A stretch of DNA of 63,516 nucleotides, filler included, from Octopus bimaculoides (lineage: Eukaryota): the NCBI RefSeq assembly GCF_001194135.2. It is 6 parts of 6 records of this genome, joined end to end, with 100 filler letters (N's around TTAATTAATTAA, not from the genome) between each part and the next. Parts side by side here need not be neighbours in the genome. Positions count along the whole stretch, not along the records: positions 33,482 to 52,137 come from NC_068983.1; 5 more parts are not named here. One strand, written 5' to 3'. Position 1 is the first letter of the stretch; each line of letters begins with the position of its first letter. This document shows positions 35,611 through 48,869 of the stretch, in pieces. Under the pieces are notes generated by a model that made no database searches, was not told where the DNA came from, and saw only the letters and a list, made by a program, of their open reading frames with translations. A program made the position numbers and the translations under genes.

Positions 35611-37093
35611 CAATCTACAGTAAATATGGTCTATCTTAATGGGCAGTTTTGTCTACACAGTATATCTAAATATCTTTGACCTGCTTAATGACAAATCAGC
35701 TTTCGTTCAATCCGCCTAATTCTGCACACAAACACCATCAACACTCAAACAAAATAGACCAAACCTGCATTCACACGATCTTTCATCAACTAGAAAACTG
35801 CCAATATTCAAGAAACAAAATAAGCAATGTTGATTTCAAGCAGTGTCTGAGGCAATCCGAAAGCAAAGCTTGTTCCACCTGAGCGAACTAATATAAAATA
35901 GTTAAAATCAAAACAAAATAATAAAACACGCGAAACAATTATTAATAATTATTTTATAGGATAATTATTCATTTATACAAAGCTGATAGTTCAATGAGAC
36001 ATTACTTAATACTTCCCACTCTCCAAGATTATTCAATTGTAATGGTGTCACTATATTACACGTTTCGTCTGAACGAACCTGTACAGAGATGTTTACTGCG
36101 AGTGCGATATACGACGGAATAGAGCATAATATATGAGTATATATATATATTTATGTGTGTGTGTGTGGGTGTGTGTGTGTGTGTGTGTCTATATATATGT
36201 GTAGATGCATATATGTGTACACACATATGATGAGAGATAATGTAGAACGCAATACGTAATCGAAGAGCAGTCACAGTTGTGGATTCCACACTGCATTATG
36301 GTATCCAGTGCAATACGGCGCGGGGCATCAACCTCGGGACAGTCTAGTGTGCGAAATAGGTATGGTTATAATTTTATGTCTCATCTGTATATATTTATAT
36401 CAAAAATAGTCGCTACATCTAGCATTTACATCACTACTGACTTAGCTGATTTACACAACTCGATGTTTAACGACCCTCTGCTATTGGTTTCATCAGTCTT
36501 CTTGTTCCCCCCTTTATTTATCTATTTGATATTGTTTTAAATCTTTATTTGTATTCTCTCTTGTGCTTTTGAGAGCTGCGTGGTATAGTTCGGACATCTG
36601 TGATACGCTTTTTCTCTTGCTATTTTGTGTGTATACCTGTTTATAGATAATTTGCCTAATGGGAAAAGTGTATACATTTGGAGTTGAAGATGTGCTGTAT
36701 TTTTTTGTGGAACACTGAATTGGTGAGGTAGATGATGGCAAAATGTTTCTAAAACTGTTATGTAATTATCACGGCATTTTGCCGAAACGGATATATGCTC
36801 TATAAAGCATTGAATCACATATCTGTTCTCTGCTAAATTATCATTCTTTCTATATACATACAAGCATGCATCATTCATGTAAATATCATACATACTGACA
36901 TACATGTACATGTTTTTTTTTTTTATGGTGGCTTGAAAGTAAGAAAGAGATTTAGAAACTCACTTCCTCCTTTAGAAATATGGAGAAACCATATCGTACA
37001 CAATTCAAAATTGCTGCAACATGCAAACTATGTTACAATGAGTTACACACGATGCTCTAGATAGATAAAAAATAATCATAAAATCATTTACGT

Positions 37094-37206
37094 CACGAGA
37101 TAGTGCTTTTCATGTGCTGTGAGGCGGAAAAGAGTTTCCCAAAGTTATCCTTTGAGAAAAACAAATTCCGGTCTATCATGAATAAAGAGTGCTTACCTTT
37201 TCTCTA
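37094..37206 (+). mobile_element. hAT transposase C-terminal dimerization-domain remnant
   Basis: CCEAEKSFPKLSFEKNKFRSIMNKECL versus the hAT consensus SCEAERSFSKLKLIKNKLRSTM.QERL. Confidence 0.65.
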
Positions 37207-37354
37207 AAAATACTTAAAACAAGTAATTCTCAAACAAAAACACTGAGAAAAATGTGTTGCTAGAAAATATACAGCGTATTTTGTAAAATACAGCTTATAT
37301 AGAATGTATATTTGTCGGTATTTGTAATGCAAGTTCATATTCCCTGCTAATTAT

Positions 37355-37500
37355 GCCACAAGGCCAGCAATTTTGAGGGATAGGTGAATCAATTTCAACG
37401 ACCCTAGTGGCCAACTAGTAGTTATTTTGTCGACCCCGTTAGGATGAAATGCAAAGTCAACATCGGCAAAATTTGAACTCAGAACGTACAGAAACGAAAG
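37355..37500 (-). mobile_element. CORE-type SINE
   Basis: gccacaaggccagcaattttgaggg...ttttgtcgaccccgttaggatgaaatgcaaagtcaacatcggcaaaatttgaactcagaacg. Confidence 0.88.
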
Positions 37501-37876
37501 AGAAGGACATTTCATTGATGAGGCAACATGATCTTTGTTCTAGTAACTTGGCTGATTCTACGATGCTTTCCCATAGCGAATTAATGTGTAACAATGCTCG
37601 ATTATTAAACAAAACGGTACAGTACGACCAGTCATATGGCCACCCATTTGGTTTATTAATTTTCATAATCTTATTTCGCCGACAATTTCTAATTATTTGA
37701 ATTAATTGTGCATTAAAGTTCTAATTTTATAAAGATATGTATACATCCTATATCATTCGAAAAAGAAAAAAAAATAATACATAAACTGTAAAATGTAAAA
37801 TAATTTTATACAATTTTCTTAAACATATATTAATAAAGGCATAGAACTGTCGTCATTTTGCTAATGTATATTTATA

Positions 37877-38760
37877 TACAGGATGCGTAAGATATTTGGG
37901 GATAGATTTATATTTATAAAAAAAAAAACGATACATAATAATTGATAACTTTATCACAAAATGCTATGGGGATAAAAATAACCTTTTATATAATGTTGTT
38001 CAATAAAGCCACCTTCAAATTCCACAACTGATTCTATATGGGATCTATATCATCTAGATGCTCGAATCAAGTGCTCCAGGTTCATTTTGGACATTACTCT
38101 GACTATGGCAGCTTTCAAAGAATCTTTGTTGGTATGGGCGTGTTCGTTGACTTCTCTTTCAAAAAAGCTCCACATGGATTCAGATATGGGGAATTTCGAG
38201 ACCAAATGTTAGGGGTTACGTGATCATGAAAATTTTCATCCATCTATTTCTGTGTTACTAGAGCCAAGTATGATAGCCTTATGGAAAGACTTAAGGAGGC
38301 ATCACTTATCCTTCATTGCTGACAACCCCTAAAACTATGACAGTTGCAGGAAATTTTGTATGCAAAACACTTGGAACTTCAGCAAGGTCTGCACATAACC
38401 CTCTGTCATTTTTTCTGTTAACATTTTGATCTTGGTCGCAGTTTTTCTCGTTTGAGAAAAATGAAATCAAATATTCTGCTGGATTTACAGTTTGTTTAAG
38501 AGCCTTGTAGATCTCATGTAGTGATTTTATTTTGCTTTTTCTGAGAAAATTACCTTTCCTCATCACATAAGACTTATATCTGATGTCTTCGTGGACAACA
38601 TTTCTGTTTGTTCCTTCTGACACAAGGAGATATTTTGCAATTAAGCTCATTGTCTTTCTGGGAGTGTAATCAATGGCCTGTTGAACTTGTTGGATACATT
38701 CAGGTGTTCTAACGATTTCAGAGTGCTTAGAATGCTTTTTACATCAAATGACCTACATCT
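37877..38760 (-). mobile_element. Tc1/mariner maT (DD37D)-like transposon, internally deleted, 3' TIR retained
   Basis: SLIAKYLLVSEGTNRNVVHEDIRYKSYVMRKG..FFSNEKN.DQDQNVNRKNDR..HTKFPATVIVLGVVSNEG, then a jump to ALVTQK*MDENFHDHVTPNIWSRNSPYLNP..HTNKDSLKAAIVRVMSK..GGFIE. TACAGGATGCGTAAG end at 37877. Confidence 0.88.
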
Positions 38761-40613
38761 TAAGTTCTAGGTTTATTAAAATTGTATTCACCTGTAGAAG
38801 GAGTGTCACAGTCCGAAGGGCAATTCAAAACAGCTCCATTTGAGAGGGAAGTGGGGAGATAATACAAAATTTAAGATTTCTCTAAATCTTACATAATATT
38901 AAGAAAAATGACAGCTGTATTGAGTGTAGATAAGAAGACAGTCGGAACAACGTGTTTCTACCTCAATAGAAGTCATAAAGACAGTAATTGTACTAACCAT
39001 TTTCTAGCAGCCAGTTTAAATATATGAACACACACGCGGGCGTGAGCACACGCACGCGAGCGCATACAAGCATAGCAAGTGAGTGGCTTGATCAATGTGT
39101 TCTTTTAGTTATTTTGTTTTTGTCATCCATTAATATTGCTCTTATGTTAATTTTAATGAAGCCCAAATGGATATTAATCGAAACTGCAAATAAACCATCG
39201 CTAATTGCAACATGATATATTGATATATTTTCTATTATTTCACTGTATATATTTATCAAGTTCGAAGATTTACAGGTCAACACTTCTATTGGATTATTAA
39301 CACGTTATACGACGAAGTATCAATATAATGCTCGATTTTTATCTCTGAAAGCTAACTCCCTGAAATATTTCGGCCCCTCGAATTTTGTATCAGTACTATA
39401 CTCTATTTTCATATAAGACAAATTTCTGGCAGCGGCAATTTTGTTGTTTAATTATTTAGAGATGAATTTAGTCTGTTCATTATCGAACGTGATGTGGTTA
39501 GAACCCATAATATGAAAGGGACTAAATATAGCGAATATAGTTATTGACATGCACAACCATATGATATTTTTTCCCGATTATTATTTTTTTTTTTCACAAA
39601 TCACGGCTGGTTTTCTGTATTGTTGTTTTGGTCGGATCTTTTGCAGCTGAATATTATGTTTGTTTATGGGATTGCAGTTAATTTCCCTTGGCAAAAATGA
39701 CATTTTGTTTACATTTTAACACAACAAAAATCAATACAATCATATCAAATATCGATGAAACAGGTTTGGAATTAGGCAGATAATTGCAGATCCTCTGCAA
39801 ACGTATCATAGTTATTGCCCATTAAACATATCAACTGAGAACAATAATTGAACCAGTTTTTAACTTGCCTTTCGATTGACATTTTACTGACAAGGTAATT
39901 TTCTCCTGAAATTGAAATTATCCAAGTCAAGCTTTTAGATTCCGATTTGTTTTGTTTCGTTTTTTGTTGGTTCAATTTTTCACAACTAAAAACAGAAAGA
40001 AAAAAAACTGTAAGGAAAAACACAAGCAAAAATAAACATAAAAAAACAAATATTGAAAAAATTCCTACGAGAAGCATGTAAATAAACGCAACGTTCTAGC
40101 AAACAGATGTACGTATATGTTTATGTACGTACGCACACACACATACATTCGCACACATACACAGATATATACACACGCAGACATATGCATACGTATATAT
40201 TTACACGCACACATACATACATACACATACACTCATTTCCACACATACACACACACACATACACATACACATACATACTGTAAAACATTTGCTTGTATAC
40301 ACATAAGAATTTAGCAAATCATTGTGGAAAAACAATTATCTATAACCCGGCAGGAATATATGTGTGCGTGCGTGTGTGTGCGCGCACACACACACACACA
40401 TATATATATGTATGTATGTATGTATATGTATATACATGTATCTATGTATATGTACACACACAGATAGATACATACATGCGTTTATATATGTATGCTGTGT
40501 GTATATATTTATATAAATATAAGAATGAACTTTTTCATATATACGTATACGCGTGCGCGCACACACACAAGTGCATATACGTATACATAATATATATACG
40601 TATTTGTGTGATA

Positions 40614-40655
<42 letters not shown>

Positions 40656-40665
40656 NNNNNNNNNN

Positions 40666-40710
<45 letters not shown>

Positions 40711-41382
40711 AGCACGAATACTGGATACACATGTATTTGCTTATTTTCTTTCGGTTTTGTGTGTATATGTGTGATGTGTGTGGGAGGTAGGGTTTCATTT
40801 TAACTTTTGCATGAATAGGTATGTGCACCATCGATCTACAAGAATGTTTATAGCACGCAAATTTGTGATACTCGTAGGAGAGGCGAGTCGCAAGTGGACT
40901 TACGAGCGATAAAATGGGGGTGGAAGAATTGCGACGTTTAATAAAATTCAGATTGTTTGATATTGTGAAGTTGCCTCAAACCATGGCCAAGTATGTAAAG
41001 GACATTGATGAAAACTCTTTGGTATGGTTTCATCAATAAAGAAGCTGATTTATTTAAGTTTCAGTCGTTTATTTTGTGGCATTTCGTATTTATTCGTTTG
41101 AGTACCATTGATCAAGATGATATCGTCTTTACTGAGATCACCTCATCATTTTACCATAGAAGGTTCGAGATACAGAAAACCTGCACATTCAAACGCATAC
41201 ACGCGTATGTATATACCTGAGTGAGTCACAAGTTTTTAATATTTTCACTGAGGATTTCTTGATACTTGTTTTTCCATGTTTTATCATCAATTTAATCCAA
41301 TCGTTGCTAAATTATGTAATTTTTGTTTTGACATATAAAAAAATACCTTTAATTGTTTATTTCTTGTTTCACAAGTTTGATA

Positions 41383-42363
41383 ATGAGTGATCAAAATATT
41401 GTTATTAAAGTCATTTTACACTAACAGCAGAAACAAAAGAACGGAGTGCAAGTTTATCAGCAAAAGAAATGAATAATATGGAAGGCACAGAAATTAAAAG
41501 CGAACTTGTGGCTCAAAAACTGGTTCAGATGTTTCAAGGACGTTCAGGGAGACATTCTATTGTGGAAGATGAGGTCTTGTTTGATATCGTTGAATAACAG
41601 CCAATCACAACGCTCTACATTTTCGACAGAGCTGGTCCGTCACGAGGATCCACTCATCGACATCACCTTATGAACACACACTGTCGGGAAGTGCCTCATT
41701 AAATGAGCAGTGACCAGATACAACAACGTGTGACGATGTGGACAAATTACCATCAAATTCTCGATATTCCCATGTTTTGTAACTGGAGATAAATAAATGT
41801 ATTTAATTTCATGATCTCAAGTGAAAACAGTGGATTCAATCCCTTCAGACATCAGAACCTTTTGTCAAACAATGGTAGTTTGAACAGAATGTCAGGTTGT
41901 ATGTCTGATAGAAATTCGAGAGGTTGTATTTTGAATTTGTCCTAGATTGTCATGCTGCGAAAGCTACCTTTGATGCTCAATAGCTTGTGCCAGCATATGA
42001 TGCATTGAATGTCCACTCTCCGGGATTGGCTACTCGAAGACCTACACTTCTACAGCATGTGAATATCGTAGCACAACTGGCAATGTGACCAAGTACAAAT
42101 GCAAAAAAAAAAACTTGAAGGGATAGAATTGCCGTCTGCTCCCACCCATAGTCCAGACTTTCTTACCATACAATTACCACCTTTTCCTATCCATGGTTCA
42201 TTTCATCCGTTGACGGCGGCTTAACAATGTGGATGAGGTTGAAAACGATTGCAGGGAGATATTTTCCGCGAATCCAGCCAAACGGTATAAGTGGGGAATT
42301 GACTTTCAAGCAAAAAGATGGCAACACGCAATAGAATATGATGAGATATATTTCGGTGAATAA
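41383..42363 (+). mobile_element. Heavily decayed mariner transposase pseudogene
   Basis: AQNWFRCFK..RSGRHS near the 5' end. The 3' end reads HSPD...NYHLFLSMVHFIR*RRLNNVDEVENDCREIFSANPAKRYKWGI..AKRWQHAIEYDEIYFGE*. Confidence 0.85.
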
Positions 42364-43629
42364 ACATTTTAGGCATGCATTTTGATTGAACTATAATTGA
42401 AGGCTTCAAAGACGAAAAATATTCGACTCAAATTGAAAAAAATTTCGACACATATGTATGTATGTATGTGTGCATGCGTGTGCGCGCGTAAATGAAGTTT
42501 ATAATTATATTGTAAATACCGGGCTACAATCACAGAATATACCAAATTTTTTATTCATGATTATCGAAATATAGAATTTTCATCAATATGGAGATGTAGT
42601 TTTAGGTGAATCTGTGGATATATTTGTACACGTTTTGTTAAAAAGTTCGCATTGGCTCATGTAATATCACCGATTCTTCTCATAATTGGTATGCGTAATT
42701 TGACATAGTCAAGCATCAGCAAAAACTGAAAATTTACAGATGACAATGAGATGACTTTCACATACTCATGGTTAGTGGACTATTATAACTATCATTCGTT
42801 TTCATATCGATACTTTTTATTTTGTCTATGCAACAAAGTCCACTATCGTGTAAACATTCAGATTAGCCTTGTATTCTAATATTATCAAGAACTCTATTTC
42901 ATTCACACACTAGGGTACGCAAATTCTTCACGATCTCAACCTCTTAATCCCCTGTTTAGACCATAAAAAGGAAATTAAGCAAGTGGATGAGTTAATTCCA
43001 TTTCTGAGTGTCGGTGTATACATGATACTTCATCTGTATTTCCACACATTTTCAGAATGGCTTTTTAAAGAGCCAATATGATATGAAGAATTATTAATGT
43101 CAAGTACCAAATGTAGAAAAAATATGTAGGATTTACGATCGGAGAATATTTTAAATATCACTATCAAACCAGAGTTGATGTGAGAAATAATGTTTAATTT
43201 TATAGAGACGATCACGTGAACAAAAACAATAATGCTCATACTGAGGAGAATTTACATTCGTTTCGTCATTCCTTATTCACCCAAATTTATCATATATTTC
43301 ATATGTATGCATGTATGTATGTATTATGTATGTGTGTGCGTGTGTGCGCGTGTGTCCATATATATATGGATATAAATGTGTATATATAAGTGATACATGC
43401 GTTCACCAGTGTGACTCATTCTTACATACTCTTTCTCTCCCTCTCTCTCTTTATGTGTTTGCACATGTGTGCATGTATATATAGATACATACAATTCCAC
43501 GTACATACATACTCAAACACAGATATTCACATTCAAATACATCTTTATAAAATGCATGTTTTCTGTACGAGATTACGCGTATCTTCAAAGCGAGCAAATA
43601 TTAAAAATAAACACGATTCAATCTCTCGG

Positions 43630-43639
43630 TTTCTTTTCT

Positions 43640-43675
<36 letters not shown>

Positions 43676-43729
43676 TATTTCTTTCTTTCTTTCTTTCTTT
43701 TTTCCATTCTTTCTCTCTATGTCTCTGTC

Positions 43730-43764
<35 letters not shown>

Positions 43765-43826
43765 CTCTCTCTGCCTCTGTCTCTCTCTGTCTCTGTCTCT
43801 CTCTCTGTCACTCTCTTCCACTATGG

Positions 43827-43887
<61 letters not shown>
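43630..43887. repeat. (TTTC)n(TGTC)n(TC)n(AT)n compound array
   Basis: Read directly from the sequence. Confidence 0.95.
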
Positions 43888-44813
43888 NNNNNNNNNNNNN
43901 NNNNNNNNNNNNNNNNNNNNNNNNNNNNNNNNNNNNNNNNNNNNNNNNNNNNNNNNNNNNNNNNNNNNNNNNNNNNNNNNNNNNNNNNNNNNNNNNNNNN
44001 NNNNNNNNNNNNNNNNNNNNNNNNNNNNNNNNNNNNNNNNNNNNNNNNNNNNNNNNNNNNNNNNNNNNNNNNNNNNNNNNNNNNNNNNNNNNNNNNNNNN
44101 NNNNNNNNNNNNNNNNNNNNNNNNNNNNNNNNNNNNNNNNNNNNNNNNNNNNNNNNNNNNNNNNNNNNNNNNNNNNNNNNNNNNNNNNNNNNNNNNNNNN
44201 NNNNNNNNNNNNNNNNNNNNNNNNNNNNNNNNNNNNNNNNNNNNNNNNNNNNNNNNNNNNNNNNNNNNNNNNNNNNNNNNNNNNNNNNNNNNNNNNNNNN
44301 NNNNNNNNNNNNNNNNNNNNNNNNNNNNNNNNNNNNNNNNNNNNNNNNNNNNNNNNNNNNNNNNNNNNNNNNNNNNNNNNNNNNNNNNNNNNNNNNNNNN
44401 NNNNNNNNNNNNNNNNNNNNNNNNNNNNNNNNNNNNNNNNNNNNNNNNNNNNNNNNNNNNNNNNNNNNNNNNNNNNNNNNNNNNNNNNNNNNNNNNNNNN
44501 NNNNNNNNNNNNNNNNNNNNNNNNNNNNNNNNNNNNNNNNNNNNNNNNNNNNNNNNNNNNNNNNNNNNNNNNNNNNNNNNNNNNNNNNNNNNNNNNNNNN
44601 NNNNNNNNNNNNNNNNNNNNNNNNNNNNNNNNNNNNNNNNNNNNNNNNNNNNNNNNNNNNNNNNNNNNNNNNNNNNNNNNNNNNNNNNNNNNNNNNNNNN
44701 NNNNNNNNNNNNNNNNNNNNNNNNNNNNNNNNNNNNNNNNNNNNNNNNNNNNNNNNNNNNNNNNNNNNNNNNNNNNNNNNNNNNNNNNNNNNNNNNNNNN
44801 NNNNNNNNNNNNN

Positions 44814-44887
<74 letters not shown>

Positions 44888-45231
44888 CGTGTATGTATGT
44901 ATATATGCATATATGTATATATATTTGTATATGCATATATATAAATAACATATATGTGAACCCACACATGTGAGTAACAGAAGTGTAAAAACTAATATTA
45001 AACCTAGTGAATGAAAATATATATATGAATGAATTATTTATTCATTCTTCCAGATGAAAAAATCGAATATATTTGCCATATTATCAATGAAATAGATGAC
45101 TACCTATTCCCACACGCACTAATATGTTCATGCAAACGTCAAATAGCAGACATGCACACATTCCATTTAATCGCACGTCTGTTTGCACACACACCTACAA
45201 TTACTCTCAAATATTCTTTTTATAAATAGAA

Positions 45232-45276
<45 letters not shown>

Positions 45277-46569
45277 NNNNNNNNNNNNNNNNNNNNNNNN
45301 NNNNNNNNNNNNNNNNNNNNNNNNNNNNNNNNNNNNNNNNNNNNNNNNNNNNNNNNNNNNNNNNNNNNNNNNNNNNNNNNNNNNNNNNNNNNNNNNNNNN
45401 NNNNNNNNNNNNNNNNNNNNNNNNNNNNNNNNNNNNNNNNNNNNNNNNNNNNNNNNNNNNNNNNNNNNNNNNNNNNNNNNNNNNNNNNNNNNNNNNNNNN
45501 NNNNNNNNNNNNNNNNNNNNNNNNNNNNNNNNNNNNNNNNNNNNNNNNNNNNNNNNNNNNNNNNNNNNNNNNNNNNNNNNNNNNNNNNNNNNNNNNNNNN
45601 NNNNNNNNNNNNNNNNNNNNNNNNNNNNNNNNNNNNNNNNNNNNNNNNNNNNNNNNNNNNNNNNNNNNNNNNNNNNNNNNNNNNNNNNNNNNNNNNNNNN
45701 NNNNNNNNNNNNNNNNNNNNNNNNNNNNNNNNNNNNNNNNNNNNNNNNNNNNNNNNNNNNNNNNNNNNNNNNNNNNNNNNNNNNNNNNNNNNNNNNNNNN
45801 NNNNNNNNNNNNNNNNNNNNNNNNNNNNNNNNNNNNNNNNNNNNNNNNNNNNNNNNNNNNNNNNNNNNNNNNNNNNNNNNNNNNNNNNNNNNNNNNNNNN
45901 NNNNNNNNNNNNNNNNNNNNNNNNNNNNNNNNNNNNNNNNNNNNNNNNNNNNNNNNNNNNNNNNNNNNNNNNNNNNNNNNNNNNNNNNNNNNNNNNNNNN
46001 NNNNNNNNNNNNNNNNNNNNNNNNNNNNNNNNNNNNNNNNNNNNNNNNNNNNNNNNNNNNNNNNNNNNNNNNNNNNNNNNNNNNNNNNNNNNNNNNNNNN
46101 NNNNNNNNNNNNNNNNNNNNNNNNNNNNNNNNNNNNNNNNNNNNNNNNNNNNNNNNNNNNNNNNNNNNNNNNNNNNNNNNNNNNNNNNNNNNNNNNNNNN
46201 NNNNNNNNNNNNNNNNNNNNNNNNNNNTATATATATATATATATATGCGTGTATACACGTATATAACTTTATGTAAGACCACATGTGTAAGCTAAATGAT
46301 GTGTAACAATATAAAACGGACATATAGAAGTATGAACTATGATCTGATGACACTTGGAGTGAGACGATTCATTCTCTGATCGCATTTCGAAGAAAGAGAA
46401 ATATGTATATGATATAATTTTTATACCGCAGAACAACGCGGTGACAACTTGTCTGATCAACCGGTTAAACTCGACCTTGTTAACAACGCAAATTTAATTC
46501 GCTGTAGTTTCTTTCTGGATCTGTTAGGGAGATAAGTCAATGGGGGTCGACGATTTAGGAAAGTACGAT

Positions 46570-46990
46570 TGACTACTCACGGGATGGAATTCAGTAAACG
46601 AACGTATAAACAGAGTACGTTTTCAGACAAAGTATGCAAGACCCTCCATCAATTTCAATTATGCAGTGATGGATGTGTTTGATGTTAATGGGAAAGCCGC
46701 ATCCTATAACTAAGAAGAGTTTGCAGTCATCAACTATCACGTGATGGGAAATATAGTTTTCACATCAGCACAAGCCCGCACGGAAACAAAATTGGTAATA
46801 GGGTCACGTAGATCAACTAACGACAAAAGTGAGTAATGAAAACAGCTGATGCAGTCTTGTTTCAACACCAGCAAGTTCTATTCGCGCACAAAGCGATCAA
46901 TATGTACATATAGCGATCCCTAATGTGAACACAAAATATGAAATTAAATAATTCTGAATCACTGCGCGTTGGAAGGTCCATCAATATTTA
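46570..46990 (+). mobile_element. Decayed RTE LINE, apurinic endonuclease region
   Basis: GWNSVNERINRVRFQTKYARPSINFNYAVMD..KAASYN* matches W..VS.RI...RF......I...YAPT....K..FY. FAHKAINMY.*RS matches F.HK.IH..TW.SP. Confidence 0.7.
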
Positions 46991-48110
46991 TTGCAATAAC
47001 GCTATCCAAAATAACTGCAACTAACCAGGAAATTATTTAGCATAAGTCTGCTGCCTTGAGAAAGTGATATTACAACTTTGAATAAAGAGGCAAATGACGA
47101 TTAGAACTCTTGAATCATGTGCTGTGAAGAAGCAAAAGTACATAGGATGTGAAAGCTAAACCCGAAGAAAGTCACTGCAAGAATTTGATAATAAAATACG
47201 GCATTGAAATGCAGAAAGTGTCTGCGACATTAAGGCAGATACGGGACACGTCTTAATGCCAATGCTTATAAAAGAACTTCAAAGTACCTGGTGACATATG
47301 CTTACAACAAATAATTAAGCAACTCAGCTGAAACTTGAAGTCGTAGCCAACACAAAATGATTAATACATTCTTATCTACTAACAGCGAGACTCCATCTTC
47401 GAGAAATATTTCATACGTTTTGTCAGTACTCTCTCTCTATTATGATCTGTTGTAACATTACATGTATCATGCTTTTACAGGCATGCATCATGGACTATAC
47501 GAATCTGAGAAATAATAGTGCATCGCGTTGTTTCTCAAAGTTCATTTCCATTAACTTCTAACAGTAATTGACTTTCCTTAAGTCACCCTTGGTGTACAGC
47601 GTATATTTATGAGAAAATACATTAATGAAATAATATATTCACAAAATAATATTTATGAAATAATACATTACTGAACTAATACAAGAGCCATCTTAATTAT
47701 TTAGAAATTTGATAAGGGTAGAATTTCTCGTCTAACAGGGTTGTGTTCATACACTGCTTATCTGGAGTGAAACCTGTCTTGGAACAATATCAACTCCATG
47801 CTTTATGCATTTGTCATAATTTGGAGTCCTGGACAGACATTATGATCCCGGACAAGAGCGCACATGTAATTTTTGATAATAAAAGCATTAGTTTTTTCTA
47901 TCTTTAACACCAGAATTCTGGAGCGGTAACCTCAAAACTAGTTGCAATTGAGCAACCCCAATACTATGCATATATGCAGACATATATAGCCACGCACACA
48001 TATCTGTGTATATATAGTCATGTGTATGCATATATACGAACATATATATACGTACCAGTATATATGCGTGTGAGTGTGTTTCAATACATTCATACATGCA
48101 TGCACACACG

Positions 48111-48215
<105 letters not shown>

Positions 48216-48248
48216 AGAGAACGAGAGAGAGAGAGAGAGGTGCCTAAA

Positions 48249-48295
48249 GGCGCGTGGACTAGTGGCTGGGATATTCGGCTCACGATCGTGGGTAA
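48249..48295 (+). mobile_element. tRNA-derived SINE head fragment
   Basis: ggcgcgtggactagtggctgggatattcggctcacgatcgtggg. Confidence 0.55.
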
Positions 48296-48813
48296 ACTAT
48301 ATAATAGTACGATCACGTTTAATAGATAGGTTTTCAGTAGAACTGAGGGGCCAAAATTACCTATTGTCTCTGTAAGAAAGAATGTATAAAAGTTAAATTA
48401 GAGAAAAAAAGGAGAAGGATGAGAAGGTGTTGCAGTAGTAGAAAAATTAAAGGAGGAAGATGGATTGAGTTTGATCGGAAAGTGGAAGAAATGAGAGGGA
48501 CCGGATAGCAATGTGTTACGTTTTTGGAGGACATTGTTTAGTTTTTTGAGTAAAATGTTCATTTCAAACAAGAAGAAATTAATGCACATACTCGTTATTA
48601 AATGGTGATTGTTTCATGCGAAGTTGTTTGTAGTCATGGCTATCAAAAGAGGTTTCTGAATGAAATTCAAATGAACTTCGTATTCATGTAGAAGCGTTCT
48701 TCTAAAATTTATTGTGCGACTTTCGATGCACGTCCAGAGATTGTGTTGAGTATGGAAACGTTATACCACAGGAGTGAGTGTGTTAGAGTCTTTTATGGTT
48801 CCGTCTAAATTAC

Positions 48814-48869
48814 CTCTGTGTATGAAACAAAGTCTTCCTGCTGTCTTCCTCACTTGTTTTAACACATTT
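48814..48869 (-). CDS. Candidate internal coding exon (56 nt), product unknown
   Basis: Acceptor cctttcatttttgtcttggcaacatttcag, donor GAG|gtaatt. Frames KCVKTSEEDSRKTLFHTQ and NVLKQVRKTAGRLCFIHR are both open. Confidence 0.3.

Noticed and set aside
39772-40077. ERQVKNWF in the 101-aa minus ORF resembles homeodomain helix 3
   Set aside because: Invariant N51 and R53 are absent (WFNYCS), spacing to the preceding residues is off, helices 1-2 are missing, and the 'hydrophobic N-terminus' is just a T-rich tract.
46344-46366. ctgatga-stem resembling a hammerhead core
   Set aside because: The required GAAA after stem II is missing (agac) and no stems I or III were found.
47739-47870. VVFIHCLSGVKP resembling a phosphatase HCxxGxxR motif
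   Set aside because: The catalytic arginine is absent and there is no surrounding domain.
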